A stretch of 64,000 bases of DNA from Eledone cirrhosa. Taxonomy: Eukaryota. Position 1 is the first letter of the stretch. Each line of letters starts with the position of its first letter. Below the pieces are notes generated by a model that was given only the letters and a program-made list of their open reading frames with translations, made no database searches and was not told the DNA's origin. A program made the position numbers and the translations under genes. Location of the stretch: assembly GCA_964016885.1 (NCBI GenBank), contig OZ024743.1, positions 868,001 through 932,000 on the forward strand, given 5' to 3'. Shown here in pieces: positions 44,296 through 58,894 of this stretch.

Positions 44296-46101
44296 CACAG
44301 ACGCTTTTTCTCATTGTTTTCCGTTCCCATCTGTTCCCACTTTCTATTTTTCATACTATTGTCCAAAGCGCTAAGCTGTTTTCTACTAGCGTTAACCAAA
44401 ATATTTCTTCGTTGTACTGAATTCTGTATTGTTTGCTCTGTTGTTCCCGTTTACGATATATATGTCTGTGTGTGTCTGAAGAAATTGTTAGACCTTTTCC
44501 AAATTGACGAAAAGCAATGTTGACACCAGCGGGATTTTAAAATCGTAACATGAAATGCTATAAGTACATACGACAATACAGTTTATCAAACGTTCTCCTA
44601 ACTTTTCCATTCCACCATATTATTGGAGAGTTTATAAAATAACTGTTCAGAAATCTGATCTGGCGTGATGAGTGAAATAGTGTAAAATTTCAGTTACCTG
44701 CATTTCTTCCGAATGCTATAAAATATTACTCTCACACTTTCATTTCCTGGAGTAGAACAATTATCCGAAACGTTAGATATGTTCAGAGTCCCCGGCAAAA
44801 CAACTCATCGAATGCTTCTATGAACTCTTCCATGAATTAAATTTTGCCAAAACTGACCACAGTTAATTTCCTCGAAATGGAAATTTTACCTGTTTAGCCA
44901 ATATATCAGCGACGTTAAAATTGTGTCCTAAATTAATGGTGGCTAGAAAAGAAGTATTGGGTAATATAAATTTTGACTTCTTAAATAAACAACTTAGATA
45001 TTTATTTCAACTTGAGTCGCATAATATTTGTTTTTCGTTCATTTCCCATAGATATTTCTGATAACTGAGGGAAGTAAGGTTGGCGAAAGTATGAGAAGGA
45101 AAGTGGGCGAAAGAAAGTAATAATGCGAAAAAGAGATACATAGATAATTAGGGAAAGGCAAATAAATAGAGAGAGTGTAAGTGATAGAGAGAGAGAGAGT
45201 AACAGAAAGAGAGAGATGAAGAGAAAGAAGGGGGAGACTGACAGACATACATACAAATATTGAATTTGGCAGTACAAGAGATAATGAGGACACCAAGAAT
45301 AATCGACATCTTGATAACTCGGCTCTAGATATCATACATTTTCTTTAACGCACTTCTTGTTGTTTCTGCTTTTTAAATTCCAAATTTCCTTTCCAAAAAG
45401 ATAAAATATGTTTATAATGTAAACATAATTTATATAATGATGTAGCATGATTGTTTAATACTATTTACAGTATGTTATTCAGAAACTTATTGTACTGCAT
45501 CTTCATCATATTAAGTTTGATAAAAATAATTGCTGGTACTCCAGCAACTATTATTACATCCACACAAATAATAGTGTTCTTCAACCTCATTTTCATCATC
45601 AACATAAGCAGCAGTTTCAAAGAGCAATGTCAGAAATATAAGCACCATAGCGAAAGTTATGTAAACACAATTCCGATTTGCAACTATCTCGAAACAGTTA
45701 AAATGTCTTTAAATGAAGGAATATTATCCAGAGAGTCGTTACATGTCCCACACAATGTTTATTTAAGTGTAAAACAAGTAAAATAAACAGAATCGGTTTT
45801 ATTCACTTCATGTTTTAAAGCTTTACATCTACCAAAACAAGCACCACAATTTTAGATTTGGATATTATCATTAAGCTACATGTTGAACGAAAGAATTTCG
45901 AGCCACCGTTCCAGTACACGTGTTGATATGGAATGTTGTTATATACTACAAGTTTACAACAACCTGTGGCCGGTACAACATTCCAATTCTATTGCTATCT
46001 TTGGGCAAAAGGGAAATTATACACAGAAACATATAGTAGATAGACAGGCATGTGATTTAAAATTGCGTTGGGAAGACCTGTGGTACATATATTCGCGAAC
46101 A

Positions 46102-46162
<61 letters not shown>

Positions 46163-46172
<10 letters not shown>

Positions 46173-46385
46173 GTGAGGTTTTTTTTACAAAATGAAAAAT
46201 AACCGAGGTATCCTACACGAGTGGAAGTATAAAGAAAAAGGGATGAAATCGAAAATGCAACTGAAGTCTTATTTTTTTTAAAAATATATATATTTATTTG
46301 GTTCCTTTACCGGTTTCGCAGTTCTTCTGCTTTTCAAAAGGTGAGTTGAGATGGAGGGTCTGTGGTTTTTCTCACATCTCAGATA
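46163..46385 (-). mobile_element. PLE pLTR-type fragment with HHR at 46304-46341 (same family as 55973-57569 and 59695-60055)
   Basis: Minus strand cctt-TTGAAAA-gcag(aagaa)ctgc-GAAA-ccgg-TA-aagg. Confidence 0.75.
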
Positions 46386-46823
46386 TCTAAATGTTTCTTC
46401 TCTCTGATACTGGTTCAGTCTAGTTCAACCGGATTGGTCTGTCCCAGTCATTCATTGAGCAACATCGGTGAGGTTGGCACCCTTAACTCACGGTTGGGTG
46501 TGGATGCATTCATGTATATGTGTGTGTCCGCATGTATCTGTGTGTTTCTAAATATATTGTTAATAACTCCCTCTGGTTGAGTAATCTTTGAAGTGTGGTG
46601 ACTGCTGGAAAGCTGCCATTACTCATACTTCTCTACTCCTTCACCACCTCTTCTACGGCTTCGATATAAATACCCCCTCCGCCTCTGTGGTATTTTCTTC
46701 GGGGTTATAAGAGGCTTAGCTCTGTTTCTCGACCGTTATATCGCGTGACTATCTCCCCCTCCGCCTTTTGGGATTCTTTCTCACGTCGTGTAGACGCGTT
46801 CTTGAGACTAGTAAAATGAGGTA

Positions 46824-46913
46824 TCCTCTTGATAAGTCGGCAGACCTCGCAGGGACTCTATATCTTTATGATGTATTGTTTTTGTTTATGCCACGAAACT
46901 ACGTAGTCGAGGA
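46824..46913 (+). ncRNA. Type I HHR with U3-A8 core, inside a ~590-bp element bounded by ~21-bp direct repeats (~46385-46977)
   Basis: tcctc-TTGATAA-gt(c)ggca...tgccac-GAAA-ctacgtag-TC-gagga; repeat atctaaatgtttcttctctct. Confidence 0.8.
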
Positions 46914-47723
46914 ATCTAGGAGCAGTTTAGGTATGATACATTTTATTACTAATTATATCTAAATGTTTCTTCTCTCTTCATAATATATATATATATATAT
47001 ATATATGAAGTTAGTTCCACAATGGTTAGCAATGTCTGTTGCTTCGTTCTGCACGTGTTTTCAAACGAATGAAGTATTTTGTTCAAATGATAGATTTCGT
47101 AGTTGATTATGGGGAGGGCCCTTTGAATTAAATAACATCTGATAAGCTTATGATCCAAATTTTTTTTAAAACCTCATATTAACAATTATGTACAGTCCTA
47201 CTTGTTAGGAACTTCTTCCCCAGAGGTATATTTCATATAGCAGTCGAATTACATCATTGTGTAAAATATAGTAACATAAAAAATTAACTCAATGAAAAAA
47301 TAAGAATATGGTTAATGCTGAAATGTAGCGATTGAGAAAGAACAATATATAAGAAATATATATTAACATGGATAAAAGTTTGTCATATTGATTTAACTTA
47401 CTGGTGGAAAGTTAATAATTCAAATTTAGTGGTTGATGCTTTATCTTCGAGTTTAGAAAAATTGGGATTTTGAGATCCTTATTTTGGGAGAGGTGTTCGT
47501 TTTATCATATTAGATCACCTTTAACAAGTAGGATGACTAAACTGCTCTGGCGTAATTTCAAATTTCAGAAACAGAATTATAAACTGAATAATTTCCATTG
47601 CGAGCAGCATCGGGGTAGATCACTTGTCTGCTTAAATGTATATATAGTATATGTGAGTTCCGGTTCATTCGGGTTAACCACAGTAAGTAAAGTACTGAAT
47701 ATATTAGAGTATATACAAAATTT

Positions 47724-47841
47724 AATATAGAAATGGTTTCTACAGGACTAGAACTGTTTCATTCGAAGAAAATCATGAGGAAAACCCTGATGATTACCTT
47801 CGAATGAAACAGTTCTAGTCCTGTTGAAGCCATTTCTATAT
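47724..47841. repeat. ~44-bp inverted repeat; decayed relative at ~31553-31646
   Basis: acaggactagaactgtttcattcgaag / cttcgaatgaaacagttctagtcctgt. Confidence 0.75.
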
Positions 47842-47852
47842 ATATATATATA

Positions 47853-48895
47853 CTAGCAGAGGTACCCGGCGTTGCTCGGGTATTAAATAGCAGTTGTGTA
47901 TACCATTCATGTCAATACTTCAGTGCTACTTCGAAAACTATACTTTTACAAAATCATTGGCTTTTTCCAAAAGAGGGTTCCTGCCCCCAGGGTTCCCCTA
48001 CTCAAAATGTGTAGGACAAACGTAGCCCATGTGTCAAGTTTTGTGAAAATCGGTTGCAAACTCCAGAAGTTATGACGTTTATTGCATTGCACTGCAGTTC
48101 TTCAGTCGACTCCAAGGAAGTGGGTAAAGGGGGTTATCTGCCGGGAGGCCCTTTAATCAATATCTGGAAAAATGAAAGTGTCCATGACCATCCGGAGTAC
48201 ATAAGTAATCTATGTCTTAAGTTTGGTGAAAATACTGTAGAAATGCATAAGGTTTATACACGCGCGCGCTCATGTGTGTGTGGGGGGTGGGGAGCGGTAT
48301 GTATTTGTTGTGCGTATGTATGTGTATGTCCGTCGAGGCACACGTATGTACTGGCCTAAATCTTCACTATTTACCTTTACTATTTTAATAACCTCTGTCA
48401 TTTTCGTTTTCAATTTTATTTACATCATTCTTAAACTCCGGGGATGGAAATCATTCTGGTATGTTAAATAGAATATTAATCTAACGACTCCATTTATACC
48501 ATAAACTTGGTCTTGTCTTTGCATGAAATTGTTCTTCTCGCTCCCCATAACGACGTATTATGCTCGCTTTTTTTTTCGTAAATTGCCAGGGAACGTCTTC
48601 ACGAACCAAAATATCGTCTTCCTGTTTTTCTTCAGTTGGAACGTTTCTCGAAATATTTACTTCTGCGTTCACAGATTACTCTCAGTCAATTTGAATGGGA
48701 AATTCTTGTTTCATAGATTTTCTCCGTAACCATGGAAGCTTGTACCCTAAACGTCGACCTAACGCCTCCTCAGGTCATTCTGCATAACTGTGTAAATTTT
48801 CGCTGCATTCCACCAAGCCGTTTCGACGTTACCGACTACACTTTCTTACTTACTTAAATATACAACGTTCGACCACTTCCAATTTATATAGTAGA
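47853..48895 (-). mobile_element. Non-autonomous Helitron
   Basis: Minus strand starts with TC after A, ends with CTAG before T, and has a subterminal GC hairpin cccgagcaacgccggg; no TSD. Confidence 0.7.
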
Positions 48896-48979
48896 TATAT
48901 ATATATATAAACATATACATACACACTATATATAATATATTCATGAATACGTATATGGACAGATTTTACGCGCAAAATC

Positions 48980-49195
48980 AACCGGCAGGATATTTGGATA
49001 ACAAACATGAGCTCAGCTGGTCTCGTTTGGGGATGCAGCCGGATCAATCTGAAACAGTTGCTTTTGAGAGGATCATCTAGAAGAAAAGAACGAAGAAGAA
49101 GAAGAAGAAGAAGAAGAAGAAGAAGAAGAAGAAGAAGAAGAAGAAAAAAGAAGAAGAAGAAGAAGAAGAAGAAGAAATGATGATGATGATGATTG
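48980..49195 (+). mobile_element. LINE-type 3' end fragment with (GAA)n/(GAT)n tail
   Basis: Short GC-richer block ending directly in a trinucleotide tail. Confidence 0.45.
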
Positions 49196-49479
49196 TGTGT
49201 GTGTACATAAATATATAATATATTTTAGTTATTTCGTGTTAATTAATCCGTTATTAGTTTTCCGGTGTTGAGCAACCAGCAGCATCAGCTCGGCCGGTGT
49301 TATATCCCATAATAAGAAATTACATCACTAATATTTATACAGGTGAGAGCTCTCTGGAGACGTCGTACCTTAGAGTTTACATATAACAGAAACCATTGAA
49401 AAGTATATAACACCGATTACGTTATAAATAAAATGTGATGAAATTGTGATCTACACCCATCCAATTTATTACTATAAAT

Positions 49480-50187
<708 letters not shown>

Positions 50188-53100
50188 TAATATTGCCAGA
50201 ATTAATAACAGAACACACTCACTGTTTGGTTGGTTTTCGCTTCTCGCTGTCTTTTATATATATATATCTGCGATCTAACTTACTCGGTCCTCAATGTTGC
50301 CACATATATATATAGTTTACATAATTTACATAAATCTTTCGTTGCACATCTGCAAATATAACAATATCTGTTTCGACACACGATTTCATATAAAAAACCT
50401 CGCAAAACTAATTCATCGCCGCTATGGCATTAGCTTGTGCCAAGCTGAAAGGTTATTGAAAGACACTGTTTTCTGTTATATAAAAACTACAATAACAACA
50501 GAACAAATCCGCTTCTTAAAACACTGTGTTTCCTCCAAAACATACACAACAAACATATCAAAACAAGTAAATAATTTATTATTGAACAAAACACAAGCTG
50601 AACGGCTAAAACACACAATAACAGTTAATATGAAAAGAACAACATACACAAAAGTCAACGCACTCTACAGACAAAAACGCATCAACGGTAAGGAAATCCG
50701 AAATCTCATCACAGCAAACGAGAGAGATGACTTCATGAGCGTCATCCGACGCGAAATGAAATATGCTCAAAACGAATGCTGTAGGCATTTCAAGAAGAAA
50801 TTAGAATGGATGAATAAGAAAAAACTACAAGAAAGGAAAATCGAATATTCTCAAAAATACCCAGATAACATCGACAACATCCGTATGAGTGATGTAAAAC
50901 TACCGGAAGAATTTACCAATGACCACACAGTAAATATCTATGGGAACACTTTAATCAGTGAACAAGAACAACAAATCCTAAAGTTACCACCAAAATTTGC
51001 CATCTACAAAAAGATTAACCCTATGGAATGCAAAACGGAGCTGGAAAAGTGTTTCACAAAAATACGTTGGAATGCAAAGGTAAACAACAACAACAATAAT
51101 AACGGTAGTAGTAATATAAACAATAACTCTGGGTATAGAAATAACAGCCATAACCATAACAATGGCAGGAAAGTGAGAAATAGTGATAATGGTAATAATA
51201 GACAGAACAACAACAACCACAATAATAATAATAATAGAAACGTTAACCACAGACACAGCAACAGTGACCACAGTAGTAATAACGGTAACAATACGAACAA
51301 CAACAACAACAATAACCACAGTGGTAATAATGGAAATAGTACATGTAGCAACATCAACAAAAACAAGAAACATAATAATAGTAACAACCACAATGGTAGA
51401 AATAGCAGTAACAACAACAACAATAACGGTGAAGTAAACAACAATATATCTAGCAATCATAACAATAATAATATTAATGCTAATGATAGAAACAACAACA
51501 ACCACCATGATAACAATAATAGCAACACACACAACTATGACGATAGAAATAACGACAACCCCTTAGAGAAACTATTTTTCAACCCAGCTGACAAAACATA
51601 TAAGATGGGTAATATCTATCCTACGAGGTTACCCTTTAATAAAAGAGTTTGCATACCACAGCAAATAGATGACGAGACGGAGGCACAGTTCACCATAGCT
51701 AGAAATAAGATTAGACAAGTAGTAGACAGGTACACTATGAGACAGAGCAGACCAGAGGCCCAACAACTTGGGATAAAACCTGTAGAAGGCTTGGTTAGCC
51801 TCAAGCAGCGCACAAGGGATGGTGAGGTAGTGTGTCTACCCACAGATAAGTCTGGTAGGATGTCAATAGATAGCATGCCGAACTACATCGAGGCAATGCA
51901 ACCCCACATCACCAACACGAGCGAAGTTGCACAACTAACACACGATGGGAGAGAAAAAATCCTCAACGCTCACATGATGATGTGGACTGACATCCTAAAG
52001 CCAAGCAGACGCACTGCCAACAACTTCCAGGCGTCTAACAATGGCATACCACCCTTGTATGGGCTCCGCAAAGACCACAAGACAGTCGACGACCCGACAA
52101 CAGGACCACCAACAAGACCCGTATGCGGAGCTAATATAGCTAGCAACTACAGGATCTCCTACTTCCTCTCAATGGTTATACGCCCCATAATCAAGATGTC
52201 CCCAGATGTATGTGAAAGTACAGAGGACCTCCTCAGCAGAATCAGTGAGTGCAACAAAAACAGGAGCCTATCCAACTGCATAATAGGCAGCATGGATGTG
52301 GTGTCACTGTACCCATCCATTAACATTGATTTTGCTGTGAAAAGATGTGTGGAGATGATCATTGAGAGTGAGGTGGAGTTCTGCGACGTCGACACAGACG
52401 AACTGGGCCTCCTACTTAGACTTACCTACGACACTGACTACCTAGACAGCCATGACCTTAGATGTTTCTGCCCTAGTAGACCTATAAGAGGTAGACCCCC
52501 CACCATAACCTCAATGGCTAAAAGGACTCCCATAGGAAGGTGGATTGGGTGGACCAAAGCTATACGGACCCCCCAAAACACTGATCAGGTAAGAAAAATG
52601 GTCGCACATGCAATAGGGGCTAGTATCAAAACTACCCTAAAGGGCCACATATTTAAGTTCAATGAGAAAATCTACACCCAAAATGAGGGAGCAGCCATCG
52701 GCGTCAGCATAGCTGGTGATGTTGCCAACCTTTTCATGGTATGGTGGGAAAGGAGACTTAAAGATCTCCTTAATGAAAGCTCCATAGACCTCATCATGTA
52801 CTCTCGTTATGTAGACGATATCAATATAGTTATAAGAACACCCCCACTAGAGAGCACTAACAAGTTTGATTTAGAACGTAGCACGATGGAAAGTATCCAG
52901 CAGATAGCTAATTCCATACACCAGAGTATAACTGTAACTATAGACTTCCCTTCCAAACACCCTAACAATAGACTACCTGTATTAGACACAGAACTCTGGA
53001 TTAACACTATAGACGAGAGAGCCCAAATTCTCCACTCACACTATGCTAAACCCATGGCCTCCAAATACCTGATACTCAAAAACTCAGCAATGTCCAGTAG

Positions 53101-54556
53101 TGCTAAGTTTAATATTCTGATCGCAGATTTGGTACGAGTGATGAAGAATGTGTCCAGCATGTGCGACCCAACAGAAATGGAAGGACACATCCAACACTTC
53201 ATCAACCGCATGCAGTTCTCTGGCTACAACCAAAGAGACAGAGTCAGAGTATACGAAGGAGCCATGGAAAAGTATAAGACCCTCATAGAACTGGACATGA
53301 AAGGAATTTGCCCACTATACAGGAGCAAATCATGGAATAGCTTAGATAGGGCTAGACATAAGATAGGGAAGGCCACATCATGGTACGACAACCAGAGATA
53401 TCAGAGTGTCATGTTTGTGGACGCCACCCCTGGAGGGAAATTAGCTAACCAGTGTAGAAAGGCCCTGAGAAAGACCCACTTAAAAATAAAGGTGGTAGAA
53501 AAGCCAGGAACCACCATAAAATCCCTGATCAGCAAAACCTACCCTTTTAAGAAAACCCACTGTACCAATAGGAAATGTATCATATGTAAGGTGAACCCCC
53601 GGATAAACTGTAAAACTAGAAACGTAGTCTATAGCATAAGATGTACAGAGGATACTTGCAGAAACACGACAACAACATACATAGGTGAGACAGCTCGTAG
53701 CATAGGTGAAAGGATAGACCAACACTGGGGGGAACTAAAAGGACGAAAAAACGGGTCAGTACTATACGAACATGCTAGACAACAACATGACGGTAACATA
53801 GACAACATAGAAATTAGAATAATATCTAAACATAGGAATGACCCAGCAGATAGGCAAATCAGAGAGGCCAGTGAAATAGAAATTAGAAGACCAAAGCTAA
53901 ACAGAAAGAATGAGTGGAACAACAACAACACCCAAACAAACAACACTGACCTAAGAGAAGTATAAATAAATAAGTAAATTAAATTAAATAAATAAAATAA
54001 GATAAATAAATACATACACAAGCACATAAACACACACTAGTCACCCAGCAGACACAACACTATACACACTAGTCACACATCACACATAACACTATACACA
54101 CACGCAAACGCATGCGCAAAGAAGACAAAATAAAATAAGATAAACAAACAAGCAAATAAATAAATAAATATATAGACAGACTGAACAAAAAAAAATGGCG
54201 TAGACATACAACACAACAGGAGGAACAATGAATATAACACCATGACGATGTTGCAGATGTGCAACGAAAGATTTATGTAAATTATGTAAACTATATATAT
54301 ATGTGTTTGTCTATATTGTATCTGTATTATTTTTGACCGCCGGTCAGTCAATGGCAACATTGAGGACCGAGTAAGTTAGATCGCAGATATATATATATAA
54401 AAGACAGCGAGAAGCGAAAACCAACCAAACAGTGAGTGTGTTCTGTTATTAATTCTGGCAATATTACGCAAATATGACCCTCCCCAAATATAACAATATC
54501 TGTTTCGACACACGATTTCATATAAAAAACCTCGCAAAACTAATTCATCGCCGCTA
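50188..54556 (+). mobile_element. Penelope-like retroelement with inverted 5' pLTR piece and partial tandem pLTR
   Basis: 50188-50355 is the reverse complement of 54251-54305 plus 54352-54466; 50353-50425 is a direct repeat of ~54485-54556. Confidence 0.92.
50294..53965 (+). CDS. PLE polyprotein: reverse transcriptase plus GIY-YIG endonuclease (first 20 codons derive from the inverted segment)
   Basis: Uninterrupted 1223-codon ORF: [39 protein letters not shown]; Cys-rich linker; VVY...YIGET.R...R...H; E...I...PKLN. Confidence 0.93.
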   Translation: MLPHIYIVYIIYINLSLHICKYNNICFDTRFHIKNLAKLIHRRYGISLCQAERLLKDTVFCYIKTTITTEQIRFLKHCVSSKTYTTNISKQVNNLLLNKTQAERLKHTITVNMKRTTYTKVNALYRQKRINGKEIRNLITANERDDFMSVIRREMKYAQNECCRHFKKKLEWMNKKKLQERKIEYSQKYPDNIDNIRMSDVKLPEEFTNDHTVNIYGNTLISEQEQQILKLPPKFAIYKKINPMECKTELEKCFTKIRWNAKVNNNNNNNGSSNINNNSGYRNNSHNHNNGRKVRNSDNGNNRQNNNNHNNNNNRNVNHRHSNSDHSSNNGNNTNNNNNNNHSGNNGNSTCSNINKNKKHNNSNNHNGRNSSNNNNNNGEVNNNISSNHNNNNINANDRNNNNHHDNNNSNTHNYDDRNNDNPLEKLFFNPADKTYKMGNIYPTRLPFNKRVCIPQQIDDETEAQFTIARNKIRQVVDRYTMRQSRPEAQQLGIKPVEGLVSLKQRTRDGEVVCLPTDKSGRMSIDSMPNYIEAMQPHITNTSEVAQLTHDGREKILNAHMMMWTDILKPSRRTANNFQASNNGIPPLYGLRKDHKTVDDPTTGPPTRPVCGANIASNYRISYFLSMVIRPIIKMSPDVCESTEDLLSRISECNKNRSLSNCIIGSMDVVSLYPSINIDFAVKRCVEMIIESEVEFCDVDTDELGLLLRLTYDTDYLDSHDLRCFCPSRPIRGRPPTITSMAKRTPIGRWIGWTKAIRTPQNTDQVRKMVAHAIGASIKTTLKGHIFKFNEKIYTQNEGAAIGVSIAGDVANLFMVWWERRLKDLLNESSIDLIMYSRYVDDINIVIRTPPLESTNKFDLERSTMESIQQIANSIHQSITVTIDFPSKHPNNRLPVLDTELWINTIDERAQILHSHYAKPMASKYLILKNSAMSSSAKFNILIADLVRVMKNVSSMCDPTEMEGHIQHFINRMQFSGYNQRDRVRVYEGAMEKYKTLIELDMKGICPLYRSKSWNSLDRARHKIGKATSWYDNQRYQSVMFVDATPGGKLANQCRKALRKTHLKIKVVEKPGTTIKSLISKTYPFKKTHCTNRKCIICKVNPRINCKTRNVVYSIRCTEDTCRNTTTTYIGETARSIGERIDQHWGELKGRKNGSVLYEHARQQHDGNIDNIEIRIISKHRNDPADRQIREASEIEIRRPKLNRKNEWNNNNTQTNNTDLREV

Positions 54557-54603
54557 TATTTATTAATATATATATAAATATAAATATATATATATATGTA
54601 TAT

Positions 54604-54664
<61 letters not shown>

Positions 54665-55153
54665 TATAGACTCAGGATGTTACAAGTCGGGTCGTTTGAA
54701 ACACAGGTGCATCTCATTTATGCTAGATCAGAGAATGTTTGCAAATAAACGGGTAGCATTGCATTCAGCTCTGCAACTAGGTTTGTAGATTGAAAGAAGT
54801 ATTAGAACCTCGCATGTGTGACATTGCATTCTGAGTTTTGATATTTGATTCTTTAATTCTTTTCTTTGTTTTTTTCTTCTCTTTAATTCTTTGTCATCTG
54901 ATGCAAGTGTTACAATGATAGTCTTACCGGGTTTTATCGGCCTTGCAGAAAAACGTCAGTGGAACGGGTGGAGCATTGTGTGCATAGGAAACTGCTTCTT
55001 TGATTTACACACACGCTCACACAAACACACACACACTGAGAGAGAGACACACACACAGAGACACACACAGACACACACACACACACAAAGACACACAGAC
55101 ACACACAGACACACACACATACGCAGACACAGACACAGACACACACATACACA

Positions 55154-55235
<82 letters not shown>

Positions 55236-55527
55236 CACACCCATACAACCACAGAAACACACACAGATACAGACGCTCACACCCAGGCACATTATTTCTT
55301 GCCGTTTAATTTCTTCTCTTCAGACACATATACACACACACACAGATACAGTCACACAAACACACGCGCAGACACAGACACAGACACAGAGACACACAGA
55401 CACACACAGACACACACAGACACACACACACACAGACGCACACACACATATATATACACACCCATACAACCACAGATACACACACAGATACAGACGCTCA
55501 CACCCACGCACATTTTTTCTTGCCGCT

Positions 55528-55720
55528 AGGGCGGTGGATTGGCAGCATCGGTAAAGGGTCGGATGCCATGCTTTTATGCATAGAGTTACGGCCCTTGCCA
55601 TTCTGAGTTCAAATCCCGCCGAGGTTAACTTTGCCTTTCATCCTTACGGGGTCGATAAAATAAAGTACCAGTGATGCACTGGGTATTTGCTGGCCTTGTG
55701 CCAAAAGTAGAAACAATTAT
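55528..55720 (+). mobile_element. SINE copy with probable TSD (ttcttgccg)
   Basis: Full head, core and tail. Confidence 0.88.
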
Positions 55721-55936
55721 TTCTTGCCGTTTAATTTTTTCTCTTCAGACTTACTATAAAGCAGCCCAAGTAATTTGTAATTATTTATGGTTATTAAATG
55801 GGCATGTACAGTTAGTTATACTTCGCTTAAACGAGTTATGACGTGCTCTGTTGAGTGCTCTCTCGTCATACATATATTTATATACATGAATATATTCGCA
55901 CACACGGCGCGCGCTCTCACGGACATTCATACCAGG

Positions 55937-55968
<32 letters not shown>

Positions 55969-55972
55969 ATAT

Positions 55973-56852
55973 ATTAGAAAGTGAGGTTTTTTTTACAAAT
56001 TGAAAAATAACCGACGTGTCCTATACGAGTGAAAGTATAAAGAAAAAGAGATGAAATCGAAAATGCAACTGGAGTCTTATTTTTTTTTTAAATATATATA
56101 TTTATTTGGTTCCTTTACCGGTTTCGCAGTTCTTCTGCTTTTCAAAAGTAGAGTTGAGATGGAGCGTCTGTGGTTTTTCTCACATCTGGTTGGTCTCTGA
56201 ATGTTACTTGTTTTATATGGAAAAAGTGGCTCGAAATGCCAGGTTTTAGGAGAAGTAATTTGATTGGTTGGTCAATAATTATAATAAATTTCGCGCCAGT
56301 TCGCGTTACAATAGTTCTTCAAATAAGAGTAGGGGGGGGGGTTGTCACAGGTTGTTTTTTTCATATATGTGTGTTTGAATTTCTTTTTACTTGAAAAAAG
56401 GGGCTCACGAAGGTTTTTTTTGGATTGGTTATAAATGAAATTATGGCTGTCACGTGAACAAGTTTTCATTAAATTTTCGCGCCCTTATTTGGAAATCCAT
56501 TCTGTAGCCTTTTTAGAGAATTTTATGATAAGTAAAAGATAATGGTCAAGAGAAATGGGATGGGAGAATTGTTTTGGTTCAGTGAATATGGTTAGTTCGC
56601 TGGGGTGTCAGAATTCAGATTTTCTATTGAATAAAGAAAGTAAAGATATGTATGTTTATTTGTGTGCTTGTGTGTGTGTGTGCGTATGTGTGTGTGTGTT
56701 TGTATGTGTGTGTGTGTGTGTGTGCGTTGTGTGTGTGTGTTTGAATTTCTTTTTACTTAAAAAAAGGTGGCTCACGAAGGCTTTTTTTAAATAAATCACG
56801 TTTATTAAAAAAAAGCCTTCGTGGCCCACCTTTTTTTAAGTAAAAATAAATT

Positions 56853-56945
<93 letters not shown>

Positions 56946-57564
56946 ACAAGCACACTAATAAACATACATATCTTTACTTTCTTTATTCAATAGAAAATCT
57001 GAATTCTGACACCCCAGCAAACTAACCATATTCACTGAACCAGAACAATTCTCCCATCCCATTTCTCTTGACCATTATCTTTTACTTATCATAAAATTCT
57101 CTAAAAAGGCTACAGAATGGATTTCCAAATAAGGGCATGAAAATTTAATGAAAACTTGTTCACGTGACAGCCATAATTTCATTTATAACCAATCCAAAAA
57201 AAAAGCCTTCGTGAGCCCCTTTTTTCAAGTAAAAAGAAATTCAAACACTCATATATGAAAAAACAACCTGTGACAACCCCCCCCTCTTATTTGAAGAACT
57301 ATTGTAACGCGAACTGGCGCGAAATTTATTATAATTATTGACCAACCAATCAAATTACTTCTCGAAATCCCTGGCATTTCGAGCCACTTTTTCCATATAA
57401 AACAAGTAACATTCAGAGACCAACCAGATGTGAGAAAAAACACAGACCCTCCATCTCAACTCTACTTTTGAAAAGCAGAAGAACTGCGAAACCGGTAAAG
57501 GAACCAAATAAATATATATATTTAAAAAAAAATAAGACTCCAGTTGCATTTTCGATTTCATCTC

Positions 57565-57569
<5 letters not shown>
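55973..57569. mobile_element. ~1.6-kb near-perfect palindrome of PLE pLTR-type sequence with HHRs at 56113-56148 (-) and 57465-57500 (+)
   Basis: Arms ~56045-56790 and ~56804-57569, centre ~56797; internal ~52-bp direct repeat in each arm. Confidence 0.85.
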
Positions 57570-57627
<58 letters not shown>

Positions 57628-57671
57628 GAAAGGTATAGAAAGTATTGTAGCAAGAAGCCAACAGTATTCCA

Positions 57672-57722
<51 letters not shown>

Positions 57723-57724
<2 letters not shown>

Positions 57725-58268
57725 CAGGTAGATATTTAAATTATTTTTTAATTTATTTAAAGGATTGTTTAATGTTTGTTTGTTCTGCTCATCAATTTTT
57801 ATAGTTCTGGTATCTCGAATTAGTACCATAGAACAACAATTATATTGTAGACACCCTATATATCTCAGTGTGTACTTAGTGCTCAATGAGATATTTACCT
57901 CATTTTTATATATTCTCCAATCTATGTAGAGAAAAAATTCGTTGTTGCTTACTGCTATTTTTTTAGCAGCCAAGCCATCAACAAGTCTGTAATATTCCCG
58001 CTTGTTCTAGTGGCCAGGTCACGCACGGGTCACTTTAACGGCTATAGCCCATACGTGCTGGTAGTTAGCATTATATTTGCTGACCGTGGGACAAATGTCC
58101 TATAGAATGGAAATAGCTATCTGAAGAAATCTACTTTCCGTTGGAAATTCTCAGAATTTCCAATCTTTTGTGGATGGAAAGCGCCGGTTTATGAACAGGT
58201 AGATATTTAAATTATTTTTTAATTTATTTAAAGGATTGTTTAATGTTTGTTTGTTCTGCTCATCAATA
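57723..58268. mobile_element. Element with ~73-bp direct repeats and a degenerate HHR-like core near 58121
   Basis: 57723-57795 matches 58194-58268; CTGAAGA..atctac/gtggat..GAAA. Confidence 0.6.
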
Positions 58269-58292
58269 TATATATTTATAATATAAATATAT

Positions 58293-58472
58293 AACGAAGG
58301 AGGTATGGTAAGGAACCAGATGGACCATAACACACCAGAGTACTCAATACTTAGGATAGTAGAGTGGGTAATAGGAAAGTGTTTGACCCCGACGGCAGAG
58401 CTCAAGCCTTTTCGACGGCTATTCCAGAAATAGCCGTCGAAATGGCTTGAGCTCTGCCGTCGGGGTCAAATA
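58293..58472. repeat. Dispersed repeat with near-perfect ~42-bp-arm terminal hairpin
   Basis: ttgaccccgacggcagagctcaagcc...ggctatt-ccaga-aatagcc...ggcttgagctctgccgtcggggtcaa. Confidence 0.8.
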
Positions 58473-58856
58473 CATAACTATTAGCCTATATATATATGTG
58501 TGTGTGTGTTTGCATGTAGAGAGTGTGTGAGAGAGTGAGAGAGATTATGTATGCTTTCACATAAACATACACACATTCACACATACTTACATATATATAT
58601 ATATGTATGTATGTATGTATACATATATATATGTGTATATATATTACATATATAAAAATAACAAAATAAGATGCCGAGGTTACATATATCGTTTAATCAT
58701 TATAATTATTTCCATGGTTCTCCATGCAATCGAGATGCCCTTCATGCATTTGCTGTGATTATATATTACATATATATAGAGAGAGAGGGGGGAGAAGGAT
58801 AGAATGAAAGATAGAATGAAAGATAGAATGAAAGATAGAAAGAAAGATAGATAGAC

Positions 58857-58894
<38 letters not shown>

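Noticed and set aside
50984-51532. Hydrophobic minus-strand ORFs (poly-V/I/L)
   Set aside because: Antisense shadow of the PLE Asn tract.
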